Shown here: positions 55,298-64,000 of the stretch, one piece after another
Numbering within the stretch: position 1 is the first letter of the stretch
Layout: every line of letters starts with the position of its first letter
Origin: Nitrospinales bacterium
Lineage (GTDB): Bacteria > Nitrospinota > Nitrospinia > Nitrospinales > JAJDAT01
NCBI GenBank assembly: GCA_046757665.1
Contig: JBHHYO010000001.1
Coordinates: 1-64,000, forward strand
DNA: 64,000 bases
Reading direction: 5' to 3'
Made by a program: the position numbers and the translations under genes
Notes under the pieces: generated by a model
The model's database searches: none
Told to the model about the DNA's origin: nothing
The model's input: only the letters and a program-made list of their open reading frames with translations

Positions 55298-57381
55298 AGG
55301 TTCTATTGATATACCCGCCGGACAGGGGACTGCCGTCGGCTCCCTACGCCAGCTTGCCCGTCCTGGGCGCCGCCCTGAAACAGGGAGGCCACGAGGTGGT
55401 CCTGCGCGATATCAATCTTGAAGTCTTCCATGCGTTGGTGCGGGAGGAAACAGCGCTCCATTATCGCGAAGCTTTTGCCGGGCGGTTGCGGGACCTGGAA
55501 ACCAGGCTGTCGTTGAATCCGCGCGAAGCCGAAGAATACAGCGCTCTCACGCAAATACTCTCCATTCCCGAACAGGCGCTGGGAAACACGTCTTCCGCCA
55601 TCCGCGTTATGCAAAGTCCCGGCGATTTCTACAACCCCGAAAAATTTAACCGGGCGCACGACGATCTGGCGGACGCCATTCGATTTTATTATGGACTGAA
55701 CCCCCTGGAGTCGGCTGAACTGCCCAATCTGGTTGACCGGCTTTTCGCCGCGTTGGACGACCGGCCGGTCGATCCTGTAGCGGACATATACCGGCAAAAG
55801 ATTGTTGCGGATATTTTGCGTGAGCAACCCGGCCTGATCGGACTCAGCATCCCGTTCATGATTTCTTACTATGAAACCATGAAGCTTATAAAACATATCC
55901 GGGAGCAAGCCCCCGCCATTCCCATAGTGATCGGAGGGGTCATGCTGGAAAACCGCATCGACCCCCTGGCAACCGATCCGCGGCTTTATCAACTGTTTGA
56001 TTATGTCATCGTTGGGGAAGGCGATTTGGCTCTATGCGAGCTGGCCGCGGCTTTGGAAACGGGAGGCGATCTGGATTCGGTGTCCAACTTGTGTTACCGG
56101 TCGTCCGACGGCACGGTGAAGCACACGGAAAAAAAGTCGGTGGAGAATTTAAACGATCTTCCGTCACCGGACTTCACCGAACTGCCGCTGGAGAAATACC
56201 TTTCGCCTGAACCCGTTGCCAGTTTCCAGACTTCGCGGGGATGTTACTATGGCAAGTGCACCTTTTGTTCCCTGTCCTTTCGCGACAACTTCCGCCTTAG
56301 AGACCCGCGGCTGGTTGTCGAGGACATGATCCATGTTCACGAGGTTACAGGCATCAAAATGTTCCTGTTGTGGGACTCGCTGTCTCCGCCCAGGACGCTC
56401 AAGTATATCGCCCGGGAAATCCGGGAGAAAAATCTGGGGTTCCACTGGTTTGCCGAGACCAAGTTTGAAAAGGTTTTTCTAAAACCCGAATTTGCGAAAA
56501 AACTTTACGAAGGCGGATGCCGCGTTCTCCAGTTGGGGCTGGAGTCCTCCACCCAGCGCATCCTCGACCTGACCGAAAAAGGCAACCGGATCGAGGACGT
56601 GGACATAATGCTGGACAATATAGCGGCGGCGGGAATATTGAGCAGTGTGTTCTGGTTCATCGGATTTCCCGGCGAAACCGGGGAAGAGGCCCGGCGGACT
56701 TATGATTTTATCCAAAGCCGGCGCGCCAAAATCACGCTTTCGCCCTATACCGGGACCTATACCCTACTGCCCGATCAGCCGTTGTTTCATCAACCCGGCC
56801 GCTATGGCATACAAATCCACCGCGATGCAGACAGCGGCAAATACCGGTACACTTACGCGGACGGTTCCCCGCCTTGCGACCTGACGGAACTGGATTATGC
56901 GTTTCAATCCCGCAGTGACGCAAAACTGCTCACCCACGGCGTTTATCTGCCATACGCCGTGAACAATGCGCCGGGACTGAAAAAACTGACCGGCAACAAC
57001 CGGCTGGGATTCCTGGCCCTCGAAATCGAAAGTCTGGACGAAGCGGTGGCGCAACGAACACCGGAAACTTATATTTATTCCTTCGCCAGGGACCCCATCA
57101 AGGATTTTGCCGCTCCGCCCCAGCCGGTAAAGCTGGTCTACCAAGCTGTTACGGGAAAAGTTTTTCGTCCGCGAGGCAGGGAGATGGCGGTTTTGGAAGC
57201 GATGCGTCAACCCACGCCGCTGTATTTGTTGACGGAAATCCTCGACATGGACTGGGAGGAGATCAAGCAAATTGTCGAAAAACTTTCCAACCGGGGGCTG
57301 ATCAAATTCCTGGTCGGTTTATCCGCTTACCAGGACTGCGGCAGACCGGATGAGGCTTTTTCCGAAATGGTTCAGCCGTGA
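55294..57381 (+). CDS. B12-binding radical SAM protein (paralog 2) with C-terminal winged-helix/RRE-like domain
   Basis: Colinear with paralog 1 over its whole length with an identical TSRGCYYGKCTFCSLSFRDNFRLRDPR block; ATGA overlap. Confidence 0.88.
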   Translation: MKVLLIYPPDRGLPSAPYASLPVLGAALKQGGHEVVLRDINLEVFHALVREETALHYREAFAGRLRDLETRLSLNPREAEEYSALTQILSIPEQALGNTSSAIRVMQSPGDFYNPEKFNRAHDDLADAIRFYYGLNPLESAELPNLVDRLFAALDDRPVDPVADIYRQKIVADILREQPGLIGLSIPFMISYYETMKLIKHIREQAPAIPIVIGGVMLENRIDPLATDPRLYQLFDYVIVGEGDLALCELAAALETGGDLDSVSNLCYRSSDGTVKHTEKKSVENLNDLPSPDFTELPLEKYLSPEPVASFQTSRGCYYGKCTFCSLSFRDNFRLRDPRLVVEDMIHVHEVTGIKMFLLWDSLSPPRTLKYIAREIREKNLGFHWFAETKFEKVFLKPEFAKKLYEGGCRVLQLGLESSTQRILDLTEKGNRIEDVDIMLDNIAAAGILSSVFWFIGFPGETGEEARRTYDFIQSRRAKITLSPYTGTYTLLPDQPLFHQPGRYGIQIHRDADSGKYRYTYADGSPPCDLTELDYAFQSRSDAKLLTHGVYLPYAVNNAPGLKKLTGNNRLGFLALEIESLDEAVAQRTPETYIYSFARDPIKDFAAPPQPVKLVYQAVTGKVFRPRGREMAVLEAMRQPTPLYLLTEILDMDWEEIKQIVEKLSNRGLIKFLVGLSAYQDCGRPDEAFSEMVQP

Positions 57382-57551
57382 TTCAATCGGCAATGACGGG
57401 TACGCTCGTGCCATGATTTCCTGGTTCTTCTCCGCCGCGTGGTTCTTATGAAATTACTTTGAATTATTTTCCGGTTTATGTTTAGATGCAAGGCAGAAGC
57501 TGACCGGAAAAAAAGTTTGATTCCTCCAGAAACCTCCTAACCGCTTCAAAA

Positions 57552-60500
57552 ATGCCGTACCCCGCCACTGGCCTCAAAAATTTTTCTCTGGACTTTAAAA
57601 ACTCGTTTCGCCGTCCGCGGGACGGGGAAAAAATCGAATTGTCGCCGCCATCGGGGTTTGCCTTGATGCCCGAAGGCGGCCTGGTTGTCGCCGACGACTT
57701 CAACCACCGCATCCAGCTTTACGACCGGGAACACAACCTGCAAACCTGTTTCGGGGAAAAGGGAAAAGACAACGGACAGTTCATGTATCCCCGGGGGATT
57801 GCCGTCGATTCCGAGGGACATATTTATGTCGCTGACAGCTGGAATCACCGTGTGCAAAAGTTCGACGCATCGGGAAACCATTTGTTGACTTTTGGCGATC
57901 ATGGGGAAGGGTGGGGACAGTTGAACGAGCCTTACGATGTTCTGGCGCTTCCCTCGGGCGAAATCGTCGTCGTGGAGCGATACAACCATCGAATCCAGTT
58001 TTTCGACGCCGGGGGACATTCCCTCGGTTGGGTTGGAGCCCGCGGGACCGTGCTGGAAGACCGGCTGGCGCAGATTTATGAAACGCCTCCCCATCTTTTT
58101 CCCCGGCCGGTATTTGAATTTCCAACCTCCATCGCGCAGGACAGCCTGGGAAACTTTTTCGTCGCCGACAGCGGCAACCATAGAATCGTCAAGTTCGATC
58201 CGCGGTGGAACCTCGTTGGAGTCATTGGCGAAAAGGGCGGCGAAGCCGGGCAATTTCAATACCCTCTCTGCGTCGCAACCGGTCCAAACGATTTGTTATA
58301 CGTTGCCGACCTGAATAACAATCGGGTTCAGGTGTTTACCTCGCAAGGGCAGTTCCTGACGGCGATTGATGAAGGCGGCGAAAAAATCCAAACGCCCTGC
58401 CTGACTCTTGTGGATGCCGAGGGACGACTGTACGTTGGGTTGACTTTCAACCCCGCCGTTCTGGTTTTTCAAACCTCATCCCGCTCTCCGGATTCTATTT
58501 ATAAAAGCTTCGCCGAAGAGCAAGCGAAGGATTTCCGGGTGTTCTTTTCCCGGGGAAACTTTCACGAAGAAACCGGGTCGGCGGACCTCGCGCTGGAAGC
58601 CTACGGCAAGGCCGTTTCCATTTTAGCGGCTCAAGGCGGTCAGGATTCTTTTGACCCGTCTTTCGGTTTCGAGCAAGCCGCCTGTCTCCCCTTGCGTTTT
58701 TGCCGGGCGGCGGCTCAGGGTCCGCACGACCGGGAAATTGAGTCCTCGCTTCTGCAATGTCTGGATATTTATGATGCGCTTACCCGGAGCCTCTACCAAA
58801 AAATTCTGGATCGCAAGAAAGAATGGGACGACGCGGCGACAATTTATTTTCGGGAATTGATCCGCGAGGAAAACCTGATCCTGAACCAAAAAGAGGACCC
58901 CCTTGCGTTCAACAAAAAACTTTATTCGGCGGAAAAGGCGGACAAAACATTTTTCCGCGAAATCCGGATTTTGTTTTACTACTACAGGAAGGTTTGTGAG
59001 CAAAAGGCGGAATTCGTTCTTGCCTTGTTACATTCCGAATTGTCCGCCCAGGGCGTGGAAAAACTCGTGGCCTCCCTTGAATCCAGGTACCACGCCATCT
59101 GCGGCGAAATCAACGTGATTCTGGATGACAAGGAAAACCATGAGGTCGCCATGGTCGGCGCTTTGTCTGGCGCGGAAAATAACGAGGAGAAATGGGAGAG
59201 CTTTCGCATCAAATCCATGCTCAACGCCAGGCTCATGGACAGCCTCAAGCATTTTTTGTTTGAGTTGCGTTCTATTTTGAAAAGTATCAAGGCGACGGCC
59301 TTGAAGTTTCAAAACGCTTCGGTAAGAAACTGCTTGACGGAACTGTTCATCAAAGTGCCCGTCGCTTCCCTGATTCCCTCCATTTTGTTACGGATTCAGG
59401 AAGATTGGGACACGCTCCCCTCCCTGGAAACGGAACACAAGGAAATTCTGGATATCTGGCTTGCGGGGCATCGGGGGCAAGGAGAAGTGCGGCGTGTCGA
59501 CAACGATTTTTTCGCTCCGGTTCCTTACGATGTTGAGGATGTGGATACCGGGGACATTGTGCGTGCCCTGTTGATGGAGGGGGCGCCGCCGGCAAAAACC
59601 GAACAGGGGCTGGCTTGCGGTAATGAAATTTATCCGCCGGAATCCCTCGGAGACGATGCCGAAAACATCTGCGCACAGTTGCGGGCCGTGCTGGACAATT
59701 CCGCGACATATGAGAAAAAAACCGCAGAGACCTTCAAGGAGCTGGAATCTTTTTCCCTGCAAAAGGCCGACCTGGAAACCAAACTGAAGAACGTCAATCC
59801 TCGCGACAAAAAAGAGCCTATCCCTTTGCGCAACAACCTTCAGGTCGTGGAATTCCAGATCAACCTGTTGAAACGGATGATCAAGACGTTGGAAATCAAT
59901 GAAATGAACAACCTGCTCAAGCTGGTTCTCGGCGCCGCGTTGGCGGCTGTTGCTCCCGTCTGCCGCGACCGCAAGCCGACCCGGGATTTGTTCGATGCGC
60001 TACGATCTTACCGGGACGATTTGCAGGCAAGGACCGCAAGCGCCACCCTGCAAATGAAATCCGTGGTCCTGAAAAAGGGCGCCCTGGAAAAGCAACTGAA
60101 AGAAGAACTTTTCAAACACGATATCAGTCATATCGATCAATCCGTTAAAATCAAGGACGGCCTTTTAAAGGCGCAAATAGAATTGAACCGCTTGACGGCG
60201 GATTTGGCCCGCCGTTTCAGGCCTAAAAACCTCCTGGACAAATTATTCGATTTCGTTTCGCAAGCCGGGGAAGCCGCATCCGCGCAGGACGGTTTTCGCA
60301 TGAAGTTCAAGTTTGTGTCCGGAGGGCTGGGTTTGGACGCCGGACACTTTCTTTATCCTCTCGGCATTACGCACACTCCGGAAGGCGATTTGCTGATAGC
60401 CGACTATGACCGTCATTTGATCCGCAAATTTTCCCGGGAAGGGGTCTACCGCTTCTCTTTTGGGGGGATGGGCAATGCCCGGGGGGCTTTTAACTCGCCC

Positions 60501-61157
60501 GCCGGGGTGCAGGTCGATCCGCGGGGAAACATCTATGTGGCGGACCAACTGAACCACCGCATCCAGAAACTCGCGCCGGACGGGAAATTCCTTTTGGCTT
60601 TTGGCGACCGGGGAAAACAGGAAGAGCGGCTGGGGGAAATCTATTCTCTTTCCATGGATACGGAAAACAATATCTGGGTGGCCGATCCGCAACATCACCG
60701 CGTGGCTATTTTCTCCCCGCTGGGGGAATACCTGCGCGCCATCGGCAAGCAGGGAAAGCGCCCCGAGGAACTTTGCGAGCCCGTCAGCGTCTGTTGCCTG
60801 GAAAACGGCGATTACCTGGTGGGAGACCGGTCGGAGTATGTTTTAAAACGTTTCAACCCGAAAGGCGAGCTGTTACACGTCCTCAAAAAAGACATTCCCA
60901 CCATCGACGTGGTATTTTTCCTGACCTCGGATCCCCGCTACGGAATCTTCGCCGCGGAGTCGCTGAACAAACGGCTTCTCCGGCTGAATTCCAAACTGGA
61001 GCCGGTCTTTATCTATCATTGTCCCGGCGACCGTGCCGGCGGATTTGGAATTATCGGCGGATTATCCATTCACGGCGACACCCTGATGGTGACGGATTCG
61101 GGAAACCACCGGATCCAGGCTTTTGAGTTGCAACTGAAGGATCACGTCTCCACTTAG
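57552..61157 (+). CDS. Large NHL-repeat protein with two beta-propeller regions and a central helical/coiled-coil region
   Basis: Repeated F..P.GI.VD..G.IYVAD..NHR.Q units at both ends; about 600 aa helical middle. Confidence 0.85.
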   Translation: MPYPATGLKNFSLDFKNSFRRPRDGEKIELSPPSGFALMPEGGLVVADDFNHRIQLYDREHNLQTCFGEKGKDNGQFMYPRGIAVDSEGHIYVADSWNHRVQKFDASGNHLLTFGDHGEGWGQLNEPYDVLALPSGEIVVVERYNHRIQFFDAGGHSLGWVGARGTVLEDRLAQIYETPPHLFPRPVFEFPTSIAQDSLGNFFVADSGNHRIVKFDPRWNLVGVIGEKGGEAGQFQYPLCVATGPNDLLYVADLNNNRVQVFTSQGQFLTAIDEGGEKIQTPCLTLVDAEGRLYVGLTFNPAVLVFQTSSRSPDSIYKSFAEEQAKDFRVFFSRGNFHEETGSADLALEAYGKAVSILAAQGGQDSFDPSFGFEQAACLPLRFCRAAAQGPHDREIESSLLQCLDIYDALTRSLYQKILDRKKEWDDAATIYFRELIREENLILNQKEDPLAFNKKLYSAEKADKTFFREIRILFYYYRKVCEQKAEFVLALLHSELSAQGVEKLVASLESRYHAICGEINVILDDKENHEVAMVGALSGAENNEEKWESFRIKSMLNARLMDSLKHFLFELRSILKSIKATALKFQNASVRNCLTELFIKVPVASLIPSILLRIQEDWDTLPSLETEHKEILDIWLAGHRGQGEVRRVDNDFFAPVPYDVEDVDTGDIVRALLMEGAPPAKTEQGLACGNEIYPPESLGDDAENICAQLRAVLDNSATYEKKTAETFKELESFSLQKADLETKLKNVNPRDKKEPIPLRNNLQVVEFQINLLKRMIKTLEINEMNNLLKLVLGAALAAVAPVCRDRKPTRDLFDALRSYRDDLQARTASATLQMKSVVLKKGALEKQLKEELFKHDISHIDQSVKIKDGLLKAQIELNRLTADLARRFRPKNLLDKLFDFVSQAGEAASAQDGFRMKFKFVSGGLGLDAGHFLYPLGITHTPEGDLLIADYDRHLIRKFSREGVYRFSFGGMGNARGAFNSPAGVQVDPRGNIYVADQLNHRIQKLAPDGKFLLAFGDRGKQEERLGEIYSLSMDTENNIWVADPQHHRVAIFSPLGEYLRAIGKQGKRPEELCEPVSVCCLENGDYLVGDRSEYVLKRFNPKGELLHVLKKDIPTIDVVFFLTSDPRYGIFAAESLNKRLLRLNSKLEPVFIYHCPGDRAGGFGIIGGLSIHGDTLMVTDSGNHRIQAFELQLKDHVST

Positions 61158-61807
61158 CCCTTTTGGGTGACTCCCACTCTTTTGCAGAACTCGGCGATGC
61201 GGCATGAATCGCAAAGCGGCGATAAGGGTTTGCAGACGTTTTGCCCAAAAGCCACCAGCAAGCCGTTGAGTTCCTTCCAGAATTTTTTAGGCAATTTTTT
61301 CCTCAAAGCCTGTTCCGTGCTGTCCGGCGACCGGGTGGCGACGTAGCCCCACCGGTTGACGATCCTGTGAACATGGGTATCGACGCAGATTCCCGGTTTG
61401 TCGTAGCCCAGGATCACGGTCAGGTTGGCGGTTTTTCTGCCGACACCCTTGAGCTTCAGAAGTTCGTCTATGGAATCGGGAACCCGCCCGCCGTAGTTAT
61501 CCAGCAGTCGCCGGCAGATATTGTGCAGGGTTTTGGTTTTCACCCGGTAGAAAGCCGCCGGGTAAATGGCGTTTTCAATGGATCGGGGGTCGAGACCGAG
61601 CATTGCGCCCGGCGTGTCGGCAAGGGCGAACAGGCGGCGAGTGGCGGCGTCCGTCACGGCGTCCCGCGTACGCAGGCTGAGGATGCAACTCACGAGAACC
61701 CGGAACGGTTGTTTCTCCCGGCCGGCACGGACAACTGCTGGAGTTTCCCATTGCCGGGCGGCTTGTTTGACGAGATGGATTGCCTGTTCAATTTGTGATT
61801 GGGTCAC
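61154..61807 (-). CDS. nth: Endonuclease III
   Basis: LKGVGRKTAN HhH, VDTHVHRI and CKPLSPLCDSC..C Fe-S motif. Confidence 0.93.
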   Translation of the reverse strand: MTQSQIEQAIHLVKQAARQWETPAVVRAGREKQPFRVLVSCILSLRTRDAVTDAATRRLFALADTPGAMLGLDPRSIENAIYPAAFYRVKTKTLHNICRRLLDNYGGRVPDSIDELLKLKGVGRKTANLTVILGYDKPGICVDTHVHRIVNRWGYVATRSPDSTEQALRKKLPKKFWKELNGLLVAFGQNVCKPLSPLCDSCRIAEFCKRVGVTQKG

Positions 61808-61947
61808 GGTTGTTTCCCGGCGGCGGACAAAGTCGCGGGCTCTATGGAAAATGCGGAACGTTTTTGTTATTATAACCTCTTTGACCGCTCAAACTGAAAG
61901 CCCGTGGTTTGCGCTACTCATTAACTATTTAAACAACCTTTGACCCG

Positions 61948-62436
61948 ATGCAACATACGATTGCCGTTTTAGTCACCAACCGTTTTGGCGTGTTGTCGCG
62001 CATTTCCGGCTTGTTCAGTGGTCGCGGTTTCAATATCGAGAGTCTTAACGTAGCGGAAACCAACGACCCCAACGTCTCCCGAATGACGATCGTCACCCGC
62101 GGCGACGACAAAAAAATCGAGCAAATTACCAAGCAGTTGAACAAGCTGATTGACATCATCAAGGTCGTCGACTTGACGGCGGAGAGCTTCATCGACCGTG
62201 AAATGATTCTGGTTAAAATGAACGCCGAACCCGCCGCGCGGGAGGAAATTCTTCGCATTGTCGGCATTTTCCGGGCCAAGGTTGTGGATGTCAGCTCCTC
62301 CACCTACACGATCGAAATCACCGGCGACGAAGGCAAACTCAAGGGCATTTTGGAATTGTTGCGGCCCTTGGGGATCAAGGAAGTGGTGCGCTCCGGCAGA
62401 ATCGCCCTGGCCCGGGGCATGAAGTCGATAAACTAA
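61948..62436 (+). CDS. ilvN: Acetolactate synthase small (regulatory) subunit
   Basis: [37 protein letters not shown] and EVVRSG. Confidence 0.95.
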   Translation: MQHTIAVLVTNRFGVLSRISGLFSGRGFNIESLNVAETNDPNVSRMTIVTRGDDKKIEQITKQLNKLIDIIKVVDLTAESFIDREMILVKMNAEPAAREEILRIVGIFRAKVVDVSSSTYTIEITGDEGKLKGILELLRPLGIKEVVRSGRIALARGMKSIN

Positions 62437-62498
62437 TCGGCAGGGAACAAGTACGTCTGTTTCTTGCTTCTCGAAGCACATGGAATAAGGAGAAAAAC

Positions 62499-63506
62499 GT
62501 GGGAAACATCTATTATGACCGAGACGCCGATTTAAAATACCTGGAAGGCAAAACCGTCGCCGTCATCGGTTACGGTAGCCAGGGTCATGCTCATGCCCGG
62601 AATTTATATGACAGCGGCGTCAAGTCCCTGGTCGGCTTGCGAAGGGAGAGCGCCTTTTGGGACTGCGTCGTTAAGGACGGCCTGGAGGTCTTGACCGTCG
62701 CCGAGGCTTCCAAAAAAGCCGATATCATCATGATTCTGGTCCCGGACGACAAGCAACGCGACGTTTATTTAAAAGACATCCGGCCGCACCTCGAAAAGGG
62801 AAACGCCCTGGCTTTTGGACATGGATTCAACATCCATTTCGGCCAGGTGGTTCCCCCGGACAATGTCGACGTTTTCATGGTTGCGCCCAAGGGTCCCGGA
62901 CACTTGGTGCGCCGCACCTATGAGTCGGGCGCCGGCGTGCCCTGCCTGCTGGCCGTCGAGCAGGACGTATCGGGGACTTGCCAGCAAGTCGCTCTCGCTT
63001 ACGCGAAAGCCATCGGCGGAACCCGCGCCGGTGTCCTGGAAACCAGCTTCCGGGAAGAAACGGAAACCGATCTCTTCGGTGAACAAGCTGTGCTGTGCGG
63101 AGGGCTGACCGAGTTGATCCGCGCGGCTTTCGACACGTTGGTCGAGGCCGGATACAATCCCGACCTGGCTTACTTTGAATGCCTCCACGAGGTTAAACTC
63201 ATCGTGGACCTGATTTACGAGGGCGGCATCGACAATATGCGTTACTCCATCAGCACCACCGCGGCTTACGGAGATGTTACCCGCGGGCCGAGAATTATCA
63301 CCCAGGAAACCCGCAAGGCGATGAAGGGGATCCTGCGGGAAATCCAGAACGGCAGTTTTGCCCGGGAATTCATTCTCGAAAACCAGGCCAACCGGCCGGT
63401 TTTCAATGCCCGGTTGAAAGAAGATTCTCAGCACATGATCGAAGATGTCGGCGAACGGTTGCGCAAAATGATGCCTTTTGTCGGTTCGAAAATTAACAAA
63501 CCGTGA
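62499..63506 (+). CDS. ilvC: Ketol-acid reductoisomerase
   Basis: [34 protein letters not shown] and YFECLHE. Confidence 0.97.
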   Translation: MGNIYYDRDADLKYLEGKTVAVIGYGSQGHAHARNLYDSGVKSLVGLRRESAFWDCVVKDGLEVLTVAEASKKADIIMILVPDDKQRDVYLKDIRPHLEKGNALAFGHGFNIHFGQVVPPDNVDVFMVAPKGPGHLVRRTYESGAGVPCLLAVEQDVSGTCQQVALAYAKAIGGTRAGVLETSFREETETDLFGEQAVLCGGLTELIRAAFDTLVEAGYNPDLAYFECLHEVKLIVDLIYEGGIDNMRYSISTTAAYGDVTRGPRIITQETRKAMKGILREIQNGSFAREFILENQANRPVFNARLKEDSQHMIEDVGERLRKMMPFVGSKINKP

Positions 63507-64000
63507 TGGTGGAAAAAACACGGATACCGATAGCAAGGGAAGGACTTGTCTTCATCATTCCCTTGGGTTTGTTGAGCAGTTTTCTGTGGCTGGCGGAATG
63601 GACGATCACCGCCTCGGTCATTACCGGTTTATTTTTGTTTGTGCTTTATTTTTTTCGCGATCCGGAGCGGGCAATCCCGCCGGGTGAAGACATCATCGTT
63701 TCTCCGGCGGACGGGAAGATCATGGAAATTACCTCTGACGTGGATCCTTTCCTGGGCGAAGCGTTTACCCGCGTTACTATTTTTTTGTCTGTGTTCAACG
63801 TTCACATTAACCGGGCGCCCATTGGCGGGGAAGTCGAAAAAAAACGTTACGACCCCGGCAAAATGCTGGCCGCATTCAACCCCAGGGCTTCAAAGGAAAA
63901 TGAGCAGAATATTCTTCTGTTCGGCAATGGCCGAGCCCATATTCTGGTCAAACAAATTACCGGACTGATCGCGCGCCGCATTGTTTGCTGGGCCAACGTG
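63506..64000 (+). CDS. psd: Phosphatidylserine decarboxylase proenzyme (3'-truncated)
   Basis: Not in the ORF track because it runs off the window. Read manually from ATG 63506: [13 protein letters not shown]...FFRDPER...VSPADG...IFLSVFNVHINRAP. Confidence 0.9.
   Translation, partial: MVEKTRIPIAREGLVFIIPLGLLSSFLWLAEWTITASVITGLFLFVLYFFRDPERAIPPGEDIIVSPADGKIMEITSDVDPFLGEAFTRVTIFLSVFNVHINRAPIGGEVEKKRYDPGKMLAAFNPRASKENEQNILLFGNGRAHILVKQITGLIARRIVCWANV

Overview
Bacterial genomic window, GC-rich overall with a visibly more AT-rich block at about 16.2-35.6 kb. Gene content and order suggest a Nitrospinota- or deltaproteobacterium-like organism (inference only). The flanks hold housekeeping and accessory genes: a partial HEPN-like ORF, cmoA, oppD/oppF-type ATPases, a toxin-first VapC/Phd pair, xth, a PreP-like M16 peptidase, exported HbpS-like and Tpx proteins, nth, ilvN-ilvC-psd. 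About 45 kb (12.0-57.4 kb) is a large glycan synthesis and decoration region split by rnz-like and prfB genes. It encodes four GT-C-like membrane proteins, many GT2/GT4 enzymes, an inverted amino-sugar cassette and five radical SAM enzymes. Its most unusual parts are: (1) a sulfation module with a sulfotransferase, APS kinase and a pyruvate kinase-ATP sulfurylase fusion; (2) a deacetylase/acyltransferase/MaoC/SDR/FkbH/ACP module that could install a glyceryl or lactyl group; (3) a B12-radical SAM-TPR-GT2 fusion and tandem B12-radical SAM paralogs with RRE-like tails. Non-coding features include the prfB +1 frameshift site, a GT4 gene broken at a T9 tract, a MITE-like element, several palindromic repeat families, an IS3-like end remnant and a candidate structured RNA at 2976-3086. 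All functional calls come from motif recognition by eye; no database searches were run.
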